DNA of 64,000 bases from Clostridia bacterium (GCA_017448285.1 JAFSLT010000070.1:3501-67500); one strand, 5' to 3'; positions 9,541 to 19,491 are shown, counted from the first letter of the stretch. Program-made: numbers and translations. The notes: generated by a model from the sequence alone, not told the origin.

Positions 9541-11508
9541 ATGAATTCTTATAATAACGAAAGCATTTCGTCGTTAAAGGGCGCTGACAGAGTTCGAAAA
9601 AGACCGGCTGTTATTTTTGGTTCTGACGGAATCGAAGGCTGTATTCACTGCGTTTTCGAAATACTTTCAAATTCAATTGATGAAGCTCGCGAAGGCTTTG
9701 GTGATAAAATAGTAGTTACCAAATATCAAGACGGAACTCTTGAAGTTGAAGATTTCGGGCGCGGAATTCCTGTCGATTTTAACAATAAAGAAAATAAATT
9801 TAACTGGGAATTATTATTTACTGAGCTCTATGCCGGCGGGAAATATGAAAATAATGATAATTCTAATTATGAATATTCTTTGGGTATGAACGGTCTCGGG
9901 CTTTGCGCCACGCAATATGCCTCGGAATTTATGGAAGCCATTATTAATCGCGACGGTTTTGAATATAAACTCGAATTTTCAAAAGGCGAAAATATCGGCG
10001 GCCTCAAAAAAACTAAATCTAAAAATAATTTTACTGGGACTAAAATAAAATGGAAGCCGGACAGGGAAGTTTTTACCGAAATTAATATCGATGATGAGAT
10101 TATAAAATCTATGATTAAGCGCCAGGCGGTTATAAACAGCGGAATTACTTTTATTTTTAACTCCGAAAATTCTTCGGGATTTGAAGAAACTAAGTTTTTA
10201 TATAAAAACGGACTTTCGGATTATGTTGAAGAAATTTCTGAAAATAATATCATGGCGCCGATTCAGAATTTTAAAGAAGAAACAATGGCTCAAGACCGCG
10301 ACGATAAACCAGAATATAAATTAAAAATAAATGCTTCGATGGCATTTTCTCAATCATTAAATTTGCTCGAATATTATCATAATTCAAGTTGGCTTGAGCA
10401 CGGCGGAGCACCTGAAAAAGCAGTAAAAACGGCTTTTACTGCCCAATTTGATGCGCTTATAAAAAAACTTAATAAATATAATAAAAACGAAAGTAAAATT
10501 TCTTTTTTAGATATACAAGATTGCTTAATTTTAGTTGTTTCTTCGTTTTCGAGTGTTACTTCGTATGAAAATCAAACTAAAAAAGCTATTACAAACAAAG
10601 GTATTTATGATGCTATGACTGAGTTTTTCAAAAAAAATCTCGAAATTTATTTTATAGAAAATCCGATAGATTCTGAAAAAATAGCTTCGCAAATTTTAAT
10701 TAATAAACGCAGCCGCGAAGACGCCGAAAAGTCGCGTCTGAACCTTAAAAAAAAGCTGAGCTCCAATATGGACCTAGCTTCGCGTGTTGCAAAATTTGTA
10801 GATTGCCGTACTAAAAATATCGACGAACGTGAATTATTTATAGTCGAAGGTGATTCAGCTCTCGGAGCTTGCAAACAGGCGCGCGACCCTAATTTTCAAG
10901 CTATTATTCCCATCAGGGGCAAAATTTTAAATTGTCTAAAATCTGATATAAATAAAATTTTAAAAAGCGAAATTATTACTGATTTGATAAAAGTCCTGGG
11001 TTGCGGCGCAGTTCTTCGCGATAATAAAAAAAAATTATCGTCTTTTAATATCGAAAATTTGCGCTGGAATAAAATAATATTCTGCACTGATGCCGACGTC
11101 GATGGCTTTCAAATTCGTACTCTTTTGCTTACTATGATTTATCGTATGACCCCTGATTTAATTAAGAACGGCAAAGTTTTTATCGCCGAATCGCCACTTT
11201 ATGAAATTAATACAAAAAATAATACGTATTTTGCGTATAACGAACCCGAAAAAGAAGAATTTTTGAAAAAAATCGGCGATGAAAAATATACGATTCAGCG
11301 CTCCAAAGGCCTTGGCGAAAACGAACCTGATATGATGAATTTTACTACTATGAATCCTAAAACCAGAAGATTAATTAAAATTATGCCTGAAGAAGCCAAA
11401 AAAACTTCAAAAATGTTTGATATACTTTTGGGTGAAAATCTTGAAGGGCGAAAAAATTTTATAACCGAAAACGGTTATTTGTATGCTGAAAATCTGGATT
11501 TGAGCTAA
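9541..11508 (+). CDS. parE: Type IIA topoisomerase B subunit, second copy (ParE-like)
   Basis: GHKL motif NSIDEA, Toprim motifs EGDSALGACKQARD and DADVDGFQIRTLLLT. Start set at ATG 9541 after GGGGG. A separate gyrB is in the window. Confidence 0.75.
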   Translation: MNSYNNESISSLKGADRVRKRPAVIFGSDGIEGCIHCVFEILSNSIDEAREGFGDKIVVTKYQDGTLEVEDFGRGIPVDFNNKENKFNWELLFTELYAGGKYENNDNSNYEYSLGMNGLGLCATQYASEFMEAIINRDGFEYKLEFSKGENIGGLKKTKSKNNFTGTKIKWKPDREVFTEINIDDEIIKSMIKRQAVINSGITFIFNSENSSGFEETKFLYKNGLSDYVEEISENNIMAPIQNFKEETMAQDRDDKPEYKLKINASMAFSQSLNLLEYYHNSSWLEHGGAPEKAVKTAFTAQFDALIKKLNKYNKNESKISFLDIQDCLILVVSSFSSVTSYENQTKKAITNKGIYDAMTEFFKKNLEIYFIENPIDSEKIASQILINKRSREDAEKSRLNLKKKLSSNMDLASRVAKFVDCRTKNIDERELFIVEGDSALGACKQARDPNFQAIIPIRGKILNCLKSDINKILKSEIITDLIKVLGCGAVLRDNKKKLSSFNIENLRWNKIIFCTDADVDGFQIRTLLLTMIYRMTPDLIKNGKVFIAESPLYEINTKNNTYFAYNEPEKEEFLKKIGDEKYTIQRSKGLGENEPDMMNFTTMNPKTRRLIKIMPEEAKKTSKMFDILLGENLEGRKNFITENGYLYAENLDLS

Positions 11509-11553
11509 ATCAGGTAAATAATTTTCTTTCCAGTACCGCCGGAGAATGTACTC

Positions 11554-11672
11554 AAAGAGGTGATTTTCTTGAAAAATAAAAATCAAATTAATAATTTCCT
11601 CTCCGGCATCGCCGGAGAAGAACTCCGAGTTAGACTTAAGCTAAAGAGGTGATTTTCTTGAAAAATAAAAAT
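11554..11672 (+). repeat. 30-bp direct repeat pair duplicating the RBS and start of the parC-like gene
   Basis: aaagaggtgattttcttgaaaaataaaaat occurs at 11554..11583 and again at 11643..11672. A PE hairpin lies between the two copies. Confidence 0.9.
11598..11620. repeat. PE copy
   Basis: cctctccggcatcgccggagaag. A degenerate second copy, ttctttccagtaccgccggagaat, lies at 11524..11547. Confidence 0.85.
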
Positions 11673-13877
11673 ACAAAATCAAATATAAAAAAAATTCGCG
11701 GGGTTATTAATCATGCAGGGCAAGAAAGACGTGAAAATATAACAAAAGTTATAGAAAGCAATTATATGCCTTATGCCATGAGTGTTATTATGTCAAGAGC
11801 TATTCCCGAAATCGATGGTTTTAAGCCATCACAAAGAAAACTTTTGTATACAATGTACAAAATGGGACTTTTAGACTCTCAAAGAACAAAATCTGCAAAT
11901 ATCGTCGGTCAGACTATGAAACTTAATCCCCATGGCGATGCTGCAATATACGACACTATGGCTCGAATGAGCCGTGGCTACGGAGCTCTACCGCACCCAT
12001 ATGTTGACTCAAAAGGCAATTTCGGGAAATTTTACTCGCGCGATATGACGAAAGCAGCATCAAGATATACCGAAGCTAAACTTGAAAATATTTGCAAAGA
12101 AATTTTCAAAGATATAGATAAAAATACGGTCGAGTTTGTTTTTAATTATGATAATACGATTTTGGAGCCCAGTTTGTTGCCCACGGCTTATCCTTCGGTT
12201 TTAGTTAATTCGATTTCTGGAATAGCCGTCGGTATGGCGAGCTCGATATGCCCATTTAATTTAAAAGAACTTTGCAAAACTACTATAAAATTAATACAAA
12301 ATCAAAACCATGATATATTTTCGACTCTTATTGCGCCTGACTTTCCGGGAGGTGCCGAAATAATTTATGACAAAGAAAAAATTAAGAAAATTTACAAAAC
12401 CGGACGCGGCGGGATTACCCTCCGTGGAAGATATATTTATGATAAAAATTTAAATTGCATAGATATAACAAACATTCCGCCGACGACTACGGGCGAAATT
12501 ATAATAGAAAAAATTGCTGATTTGATTAAACAAAATAAAATTACTGAAATTTCTGATATTCGCGACGAAACCGGGCTCGACGGATTTAAAATTACGATTG
12601 ATTTAAAACGCGGCGCGAATCCTAATAAGCTTATTTCAAAACTTTTTAAGTTTACTTCGATGCAAGATAATTTTAACTGTAATTTTAATATATTAATAAA
12701 CGGCAAGCCAAAAGTAATGCCGATTAAAGAAATTTTAAACGAATGGGTGAATTTCAGAGTTTCCTGCGTCAAGCGCAGAATTCAATTCGACTTGCAAAAA
12801 AAAAGTGATAAGCTTCATCTTTTGTTAGGTCTTGAAAAAATTTTGCTGGATATCGACAAAGCAATAAAAATTATAAGAGAAACCAAAGAGGAATCTTTAG
12901 TAATTCCAAATTTAATACAGGGATTTAATATAGATAAAATTCAAGCCGAATTTATCGCTGAAATTAAACTCCGAAATTTAAATAAAGAATATATTATCAA
13001 AAAAATTAATGAAATAAAAAATTTAAAATCAGAAATTGAAAATTTAAAATTTATTTTCGAAAACGAAATTGAAATTAAAAAAATAATATGTTCGGAACTT
13101 GAAGAAATTGCTAAAAAATACGGTAAAAAACGTATTTGCCCAATAATTGACAAAAAAGATATAAAAGACGAAAAAATTGAAGAAGAAATTCCGGATTACC
13201 CTGTTACGATTTTTTTCACAAAAGAAGGGTACTTAAAAAAAATAACGCCGCAATCGCTCAGGATGAGCAGCGAGCATAAATTAAAAAACGGCGATGAAAT
13301 CGCGCAGCAAATAGAAACGACAAATAATTGTGATTTATTATTTTTTACTGATTTATTTAATGTTTACAAAGCAAAAGCAAGTGTATTTAAAGACACAAAA
13401 GCAAGTGTTATGGGCGATTTTGTCTGTGCAACTCTGGGCGGCGAAGAGAACGAAAAATTTTTGTTTATGCTCGCCACAAAAAATTATACGGGATTTTTAC
13501 TTTTCTTTTTTGAAAATGGTAAAGTCGCAAAAATAAATTTAAAATCTTATTATACTAAATTAAACAGACGCAAGTTAATTAATGCATACTCGAGCGAATC
13601 TAAATTAATTAAAATTTTTTATATAAAAAAAGAACAAAATTTTGTAATTTATTCGACTTCCGGTAAAATTTTAGCGTTTAATTCTTCAGTTTTAAGTGCA
13701 AAAAGTAGAAAAAATACTCCGGGCATAACTGTTATGAAACAAAATAAATATAAAGTTTCAAGCGTAGAAATTTGTGACGAAATTAAATTTAAAAAATATT
13801 TTTCTGAAAAAATTCCATCTTCTGGGCAAAAAAATTTAAAACTAATAACAGGAAAGCAATTAAAATTTGATGCTTAA
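11658..13877 (+). CDS. parC: Type IIA topoisomerase A subunit, second copy (ParC-like)
   Basis: PEIDGFKPSQRKLLY and active-site AASRYTEAKL. Start is probably TTG 11658, 8 nt after AAGAGG. The track start GTG 11649 overlaps the RBS. Confidence 0.75.
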   Translation: MKNKNTKSNIKKIRGVINHAGQERRENITKVIESNYMPYAMSVIMSRAIPEIDGFKPSQRKLLYTMYKMGLLDSQRTKSANIVGQTMKLNPHGDAAIYDTMARMSRGYGALPHPYVDSKGNFGKFYSRDMTKAASRYTEAKLENICKEIFKDIDKNTVEFVFNYDNTILEPSLLPTAYPSVLVNSISGIAVGMASSICPFNLKELCKTTIKLIQNQNHDIFSTLIAPDFPGGAEIIYDKEKIKKIYKTGRGGITLRGRYIYDKNLNCIDITNIPPTTTGEIIIEKIADLIKQNKITEISDIRDETGLDGFKITIDLKRGANPNKLISKLFKFTSMQDNFNCNFNILINGKPKVMPIKEILNEWVNFRVSCVKRRIQFDLQKKSDKLHLLLGLEKILLDIDKAIKIIRETKEESLVIPNLIQGFNIDKIQAEFIAEIKLRNLNKEYIIKKINEIKNLKSEIENLKFIFENEIEIKKIICSELEEIAKKYGKKRICPIIDKKDIKDEKIEEEIPDYPVTIFFTKEGYLKKITPQSLRMSSEHKLKNGDEIAQQIETTNNCDLLFFTDLFNVYKAKASVFKDTKASVMGDFVCATLGGEENEKFLFMLATKNYTGFLLFFFENGKVAKINLKSYYTKLNRRKLINAYSSESKLIKIFYIKKEQNFVIYSTSGKILAFNSSVLSAKSRKNTPGITVMKQNKYKVSSVEICDEIKFKKYFSEKIPSSGQKNLKLITGKQLKFDA

Positions 13878-13884
13878 ATGAGCA

Positions 13885-13909
13885 TTCTTTCCGGCAATGC
13901 CGGAGAAAG
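13885..13909. repeat. PE copy
   Basis: ttctttccggcaatgccggagaaag, between convergent parC-like and yigZ genes. Confidence 0.85.
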
Positions 13910-13921
13910 TTAACCATTATT

Positions 13922-14494
13922 TTAGTTGATAATATTTTTAAGTTTTGAATTAAATTCTTCGATTTCGTTTTTTTTAACTTTAAATTCTACTCTTACTTTT
14001 TCAAAAAATTTAACGCTTGATATATTAACATCAAATAATCTGGAATTCAAAATTTTATTATAATCTTTATAATCAAACTCCATATTTATAACTTCCGAGA
14101 TAAATTTTTCAATAATTTCGCTGTTTTTTATCAGTAAATCCGCCGAAGAATAATATGCTCGCGAAAGCCCGCCGGTGCCCAAAAGAATTCCGCCAAAATA
14201 TCTGGTAACAATTATCATGGTGTTTTTTAGATTATTATTATTTATCGCGTTTAAAACCTGAATTCCTGCAGTACCGGAAGGCTCTTTATCATCTGAACTG
14301 CGCACTGTACCATCCAAAAGCACGAAGGCATAAACATTATGCTTGGCATCATGATATTTTTTCTTTATTTTGCTTATTATTCGTTTACAATCTAAAGCCT
14401 CATTCACACAAAAGCCATGAGCAATAAACTTGGATTTTTTTACTTCCAAAATATGAGAATTTTCTTTTATAGTTTTGTATTCATACTTAGTCAT
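13922..14494 (-). CDS. yigZ: IMPACT/YigZ family protein (UPF0029)
   Basis: KSKFIAHGF...DDKEPSGTAG motif. Start set at ATG 14494 (MTKYEY). The track's N-terminal extension runs through a PE arm remnant at 14551..14569. Confidence 0.75.
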   Translation of the reverse strand: MTKYEYKTIKENSHILEVKKSKFIAHGFCVNEALDCKRIISKIKKKYHDAKHNVYAFVLLDGTVRSSDDKEPSGTAGIQVLNAINNNNLKNTMIIVTRYFGGILLGTGGLSRAYYSSADLLIKNSEIIEKFISEVINMEFDYKDYNKILNSRLFDVNISSVKFFEKVRVEFKVKKNEIEEFNSKLKNIIN

Positions 14495-14764
14495 AAGTTT
14501 AATTGTACGAATTTTATAGTAATGGGTCAAATAATAAATATGAATATACGTTAGATTTCTTTCGAAACTAAAACATAAGATCAAAATTACAAATGGAGGA
14601 AATAAAATTAAATCCAAACAAAAAATGTTTCTACAATTTCGATATTTCTCAGAAATAATTTTAAAACATTTAATAAAACCTATGATATTTTCGATTTTAA
14701 CTCTTTGACTGGAAATACGACGGTTTTCTAGTTTATCCGAAGGAGTTAATTTTTGATTTTTAAA

Positions 14765-14819
14765 TAGACTCCTTTCGAAACTGGTAGCAGATATTCTCTC
14801 CGGTGGTCGCTGGAGAGAA
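14765..14819. repeat. PE copy with one TTTCGAAAC arm
   Basis: tagactcctttcgaaactggtagcagatattctctccggtggtcgctggagagaa. Confidence 0.85.
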
Positions 14820-14874
14820 CTATAGATATATAATTTATAATATTATTTTAATTGATTATAGTGTTTTTATAACA

Positions 14875-15378
14875 TTAAACTAAAATAAACCTCCAAAGTT
14901 TATTTTTATATTCTTCAGTTGCATAATTTATACCTATTCTGGGGGCAGATTTAAATTTACAGACAAAATTATCATCTTCTAGCCAAATTTTATTCGAATT
15001 TATTAAATTTTCACCATTTAATTTACCGGTAATATTTAAAATTTTAGTAAGTTTGCCCGGACCGTTATATCCTTCAACACCTCTTATCAAAACGGCTTGA
15101 GGAATATCTTTACCTCCCGAAACAATATTTAACATCCAATGCATTCCATAACACAAATAAATGTAAGCAACTCCCCCTTCTTCATACATTATTTTTGTGC
15201 GATTTGTCTTACCTTTATGCGCATGGCACGCTGTATCTTGCTCGCTATAATAAGTTTCAGTTTCGGTTATTCTATATTTTAAAACTTTGCCATTTATACT
15301 TCTGCATAAAATTTTACCCAGTAATTTCGGTGCCAGTTCAATTGAACTTAATTTATATATATTTTTATCGATTTTCAT
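14875..15378 (-). CDS. mpg: DNA-3-methyladenine glycosylase (Mpg/AAG family)
   Basis: ITETETYYSEQDTACHAHKGKTNRTKIMYEEGGVAYIYLCYGMHWMLNIV matches the family core. Confidence 0.85.
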   Translation of the reverse strand: MKIDKNIYKLSSIELAPKLLGKILCRSINGKVLKYRITETETYYSEQDTACHAHKGKTNRTKIMYEEGGVAYIYLCYGMHWMLNIVSGGKDIPQAVLIRGVEGYNGPGKLTKILNITGKLNGENLINSNKIWLEDDNFVCKFKSAPRIGINYATEEYKNKLWRFILV

Positions 15379-15410
15379 AAAATTTCATTTATTTATTAAA
15401 AATTATACAT

Positions 15411-15464
15411 TAGACTTCTTTCGAAACCAACGATTATATTCTCTCCGGCGATACCGAAGAGAAT
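15411..15464. repeat. PE copy with one TTTCGAAAC arm
   Basis: tagacttctttcgaaaccaacgattatattctctccggcgataccgaagagaat. Confidence 0.85.
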
Positions 15465-15471
15465 TTTAAAC

Positions 15472-17220
15472 CTAATTTTCTAAATTATCAGTTAATTCTT
15501 CCGGTAATTTTTTATCAAATTTTGAATAAAATTCTTTTATGTTTTTAGTTTCATTTCCCCAAAGTTCAGGGTCAACTTCGAGTATTTTTTTCAAATCATC
15601 GCTCGATATGTCAAGGCCGCTAATGTCTATATCTTCAATCTTTGGAACTAATCCTATCGGCGAATCAACAGCACCTATTTTATTATCTAGTCGCTTAACA
15701 ATCCAATCAAGAACCCGAATATTTTCTTCGAATCCCGGCCAAATAAATTTGCCATCATCATCAGTCCTAAACCAGTTAACGCCAAAAATTTTTGGTGCAT
15801 TTTCGCCGAGTTTTTCTCCAATATCTAGCCAGTGCTCGAAATAATCCGCCATATTATAACCGCAAAATGGTAGCATTCCAAACGGGTCATGCCTTAAAAC
15901 TCCGATTTTTCCGTCGGCTGCGACCGTAGTTTCAGAAGACATTATCGAACCTACAAAAACTCCGTGATTCCAATCTCGAGATTCAAAAACCAGTGGCGTT
16001 AATTTTGCTCTTTTTACGCCTAAAATTATCGCCGAAATCGGAACGCCTTTGGGGTTATCAGCTTCTTTACTCAGGCACGGGCAGTTTGCCAAAGGAGCCG
16101 CAAACCTGCTGTTCGGATGCGCACCTTTTGTACCCATATCAGCATTCCAAGCGTTTCCAAGCCAATCAGTGGCATTTTCAGGAGGATCATCGTCCATACC
16201 CTCCCACCAAACCGTTTTGTTATCTTCGTTTAAAACAACGTTTGTAAAAATAGTATTTTTCATTCCTGTTTGTAAGGCATTCGGATTAGTTTTTTTACTT
16301 ATTCCGGAACATGCTCCAAAAACGCCGTTTTCGGGATTAATCGCCCAAAGTCTGCCATCTTCGCGGACTTTTAGCCATGCAATATCATCGCCTACGCAGT
16401 AAATTTCGTAACCCTCTTTGATAAATTTTTCGCCAGGTTTTAGCATCGCCAAATCTGTTTTTCCGCAACCCGAAGGTAGCGCCGCACAAATATATTTTAT
16501 TTCATCATTATAAGGTGTTTTTATACCAAAAATTGCCATATGTTCCGCAAGCCAGCCTTCATTTTTGCCCATGCAGGAGCCGAGCCTTAAAGCCAAACAT
16601 TTTTTGCCCAAAAGAGCATTCCCACCATATACCGAATTGACTGAAATTATGGTATTTGATTCCGGAAAATGGCATATATAGCGCTCCTCAGGATCGCATG
16701 AACATGAGCAGTGAATACATCTCGTCCAGTTATCTCCCGCTTTGTTAAAGGCAATCGAAATTTTTTTGCCAACACGCGTCATAGTCATCATGCTAAGTGC
16801 TACATATACCGAATCTGTAATTTCAACTCCCAGTTTGTGAAAATCAGAGTCGACATTCCCCATTGAAAAAGGAACAACATACATAACCCTGCCTTTGTAG
16901 CTCCCGGCAGCTATACTTTTAAGCTTTTCCATTGCTTCACTAGGTTCCCACCAGTTATTCGTAACCCCTGCATTAATTTTTTCCTTGCAGCATATAAAAG
17001 TCCTGTTTTCAACCCTTGCAACGTCGCTTTTATCAGACCTTCTCAAATAACATCCCGGCAGGAGTTCCTGATTTAATTTAATTAACTCGCCAATTCCGCA
17101 AGCAACGTTATGCAAAAGCTCAATTTGTGCCTTTGAACCATCAATCCAAACAACGTCTTCGGGTGTTAGCCATTCACTCATTTCTTTTACCCAAGCTCTA
17201 ACATGTTCATTTCTTAACAT
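15472..17220 (-). CDS. pck: Phosphoenolpyruvate carboxykinase (GTP)
   Basis: Kinase-1a loop PSGCGKTDLAML and GTP-PEPCK-type length. Start set at ATG 17220 (MLRNEH) after AGGAG. Confidence 0.85.
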   Translation of the reverse strand: MLRNEHVRAWVKEMSEWLTPEDVVWIDGSKAQIELLHNVACGIGELIKLNQELLPGCYLRRSDKSDVARVENRTFICCKEKINAGVTNNWWEPSEAMEKLKSIAAGSYKGRVMYVVPFSMGNVDSDFHKLGVEITDSVYVALSMMTMTRVGKKISIAFNKAGDNWTRCIHCSCSCDPEERYICHFPESNTIISVNSVYGGNALLGKKCLALRLGSCMGKNEGWLAEHMAIFGIKTPYNDEIKYICAALPSGCGKTDLAMLKPGEKFIKEGYEIYCVGDDIAWLKVREDGRLWAINPENGVFGACSGISKKTNPNALQTGMKNTIFTNVVLNEDNKTVWWEGMDDDPPENATDWLGNAWNADMGTKGAHPNSRFAAPLANCPCLSKEADNPKGVPISAIILGVKRAKLTPLVFESRDWNHGVFVGSIMSSETTVAADGKIGVLRHDPFGMLPFCGYNMADYFEHWLDIGEKLGENAPKIFGVNWFRTDDDGKFIWPGFEENIRVLDWIVKRLDNKIGAVDSPIGLVPKIEDIDISGLDISSDDLKKILEVDPELWGNETKNIKEFYSKFDKKLPEELTDNLEN

Positions 17221-17234
17221 AAAAAATACTCCTA

Positions 17235-18698
17235 TTATTTTTTTAAATTTAAAACGCAATTTTTAAAATCTGTGCCGCGCTCTTCAAAATTGCTGTACAT
17301 ACCAAAACTGGCGCAAGCCGGTGAAAGCAAAATTACGTCGTTGTTAAAAGCATTATGATACGCAAAATTTACGGCATTTTTCATCGAATCAGCTTTAAAA
17401 ATTTTCGGCTTTTTAAAATTTTTGCAATTTTTAACGCAATTTTCAATTTTTTCAGCTGTCTGCCCGATAAGAATTAAAATTTTTACTTTATCACAAATTT
17501 TTTCGCCAAGCTCTTTAAAATCCAAATTTTTGTCATAACCGCCTGCAATTAATATAATACTATTTTCAAAAATAGAAAATGCACCTTTTAAAACGCGATT
17601 TGGTGTTGATGCTATTGAATCATCATAATAACGAGCGCCACCAATTTCGGCCACAAATTCAATCCTGTGCGGTAGTCCCTTAAAATTATTTGCAACAAAT
17701 TTTATGTTTTCTAAACTTACAAAATTATAGCAAGCCGAAATTGCAGCCATAAAATTTTCTATGTTATGGATGCCGGGAATTTTTATTTCATTTTTATGAA
17801 TAATTTTAAAAACTTTGCCATTTTCACAAAAATTTATGTATCCGTCTTCATCAAGGTAGCACCCATCACTAATTTTAGATTTTACGCTAAAAAATCTTTT
17901 TTTTCTAGTAGCTTTTTCAGAAATTTCATTCAAAATTTTGCAATCAAAATTGGAAACGAGCAAATTATCATAGCTGCTTTTGAAATAATTCATTCTCTCC
18001 GGCCGATGACCGGAGGAAAGCGTGGTTTTCAAAGGTAAAACGTTTTCATTTTGTGAAAGTGCTGGATTTTTTCCCTGGTCTTTAAAAATATTAATTTTCG
18101 AATCCACATACTCATCAAAATTTTTGTGCCAATCCAAGTGATTTTCCGAAATATTTGTAATAACTGCAACTTTTGGGTTTATCTTGCAAGTCATCAGCTG
18201 AAAGCTCGAAAGCTCCAAAACCACAAAATCTTTATCAGAAATTTTGCATATCTGCGGCAAAATAGGCGTGCCGATATTTCCGCCCAAAAAAACTTTTTTG
18301 CCTGAACTTTTTAATAGTTCGTAAATTATCGAAGTCGTAGTAGATTTTCCATCGCTGCCAGTGATTGCAAATACATTTTCGGTAGGGCAAAATTTTAAAA
18401 AAAATTCAATTTCGGAAGATAAAATACAACTTTTATCTTCGATTAAATCCGGTCGAATTCCCGGAGATCTGAAAATTAAATCGCAATTTAAATTTTTTAG
18501 GTAATTTTCGCCAAAAATAAATTCTGGTTTTGAATTTTTAAATTTTATATTTAAATCACAATTTTTTTGGTCTCGAACCTGAAAATTTATCGCGAGTTCA
18601 TCCAAAAATTTGGCAACTGCTTGGTTGCTTATCCCAAAACCCAAAAGCACGATTTTTTTGTCTTTTAAATATTCAAAAATTTTTTCTTTTAAAATCAA
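17235..18698 (-). CDS. murD: UDP-N-acetylmuramoylalanine--D-glutamate ligase carrying an in-frame PE-derived insertion
   Basis: GFGISN...ITGSDGKSTT...NHLDWH motifs. TTG start lies 6 nt after AGAGG. The segment ...LPLKTTLSSGHRPERMNYFKS... is encoded by a PE hairpin. Confidence 0.85.
   Translation of the reverse strand: MILKEKIFEYLKDKKIVLLGFGISNQAVAKFLDELAINFQVRDQKNCDLNIKFKNSKPEFIFGENYLKNLNCDLIFRSPGIRPDLIEDKSCILSSEIEFFLKFCPTENVFAITGSDGKSTTTSIIYELLKSSGKKVFLGGNIGTPILPQICKISDKDFVVLELSSFQLMTCKINPKVAVITNISENHLDWHKNFDEYVDSKINIFKDQGKNPALSQNENVLPLKTTLSSGHRPERMNYFKSSYDNLLVSNFDCKILNEISEKATRKKRFFSVKSKISDGCYLDEDGYINFCENGKVFKIIHKNEIKIPGIHNIENFMAAISACYNFVSLENIKFVANNFKGLPHRIEFVAEIGGARYYDDSIASTPNRVLKGAFSIFENSIILIAGGYDKNLDFKELGEKICDKVKILILIGQTAEKIENCVKNCKNFKKPKIFKADSMKNAVNFAYHNAFNNDVILLSPACASFGMYSNFEERGTDFKNCVLNLKK
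17977..18034. repeat. PE copy located inside the murD reading frame
   Basis: cttttgaaat...ttctctccggccgatgaccggaggaaag...gttttcaaag. The hairpin has inverted arm-like flanks. Confidence 0.75.
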
Positions 18699-18708
18699 AT
18701 TAAAACCT

Positions 18709-19491
18709 CTAACTAAAAATAAATCTAAGTCTTTTAACGCCCAAAGCTTTGCCGGTCACTTCATCTATATCAAAATACGCACATTCTATTTTGCTCGGGC
18801 CACAACTATCATGTTCAAACTTGATGGGAATTTTATTTTTCATGCGCCTTATCGAAATTTCGGGTTTTACACCCAAAACAGAATAAACCGCTCCACACAT
18901 GCCGATATCGGTTATGTAAGCAGTACCTTTTGGCAAAATTTCTTCATCAGAAGTCTGAACATGAGTATGCGTCCCGAACATTGCCGAAATCCTGCCGTCG
19001 GCATAAAAACCCATAGCTCTTTTTTCGGCGGTAGCTTCGGCATGAAAATCAAGAATTTTTACTTTAATATTTTTAGTTTTCTCTAAAATTTTATCTAAAC
19101 AAACAAGTGGGCACGAAAGAGCTTCTAAATACACCAAGCCTGATATATTTATTATACAAATTTTAGAATTTTTTACATTAAATTCTAAAAATCCTCTGCC
19201 GGGCGTACCTTCCGGATAATTTGCCGGTCGGATAATTTTTTGAGATTTATCAATGTAATCTATGAATTGATGCCACTTGAACGAATGATTACCGCCGGTC
19301 AGAACATCTACCCCTGCGCTAAATAAATATTCCGCCGATTTTTTCGTTATTCCGTTCCCAACTGCCGAGTTCTCTCCGTTTGCAATTACAAAATCAATCT
19401 TATATTTTTTTTTTATATCTTCAAGATTTTCGTAAACTGTTTTGCAGCCAAGCAGCCCCACAACATCACCAATTGCCAAAATTCTTATCAA
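18709..19491 (-). CDS. ymdB: YmdB-family metallophosphoesterase (2',3'-cyclic-nucleotide phosphodiesterase)
   Basis: ILAIGDVVG...ANGENSAVGNGIT...GNH motifs. It lies downstream of rny, as is common in Firmicutes. TTG start. Confidence 0.85.
   Translation of the reverse strand: MIRILAIGDVVGLLGCKTVYENLEDIKKKYKIDFVIANGENSAVGNGITKKSAEYLFSAGVDVLTGGNHSFKWHQFIDYIDKSQKIIRPANYPEGTPGRGFLEFNVKNSKICIINISGLVYLEALSCPLVCLDKILEKTKNIKVKILDFHAEATAEKRAMGFYADGRISAMFGTHTHVQTSDEEILPKGTAYITDIGMCGAVYSVLGVKPEISIRRMKNKIPIKFEHDSCGPSKIECAYFDIDEVTGKALGVKRLRFIFS

Noticed and set aside
13922-14617. Long N-terminal extensions given by the ORF track for yigZ, and likewise for pck (17259), rsmD (40567), 50707..51066, the GTPase (62400), its partner (63716), gyrA (34270), mnmA (6661), secG (50706) and yajC (61031)
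   Set aside because: The extensions begin at TTG or GTG codons without an RBS, run through PE or promoter sequence, or precede an internal ATG that has a strong RBS and matches the family's N terminus. I moved the starts downstream.
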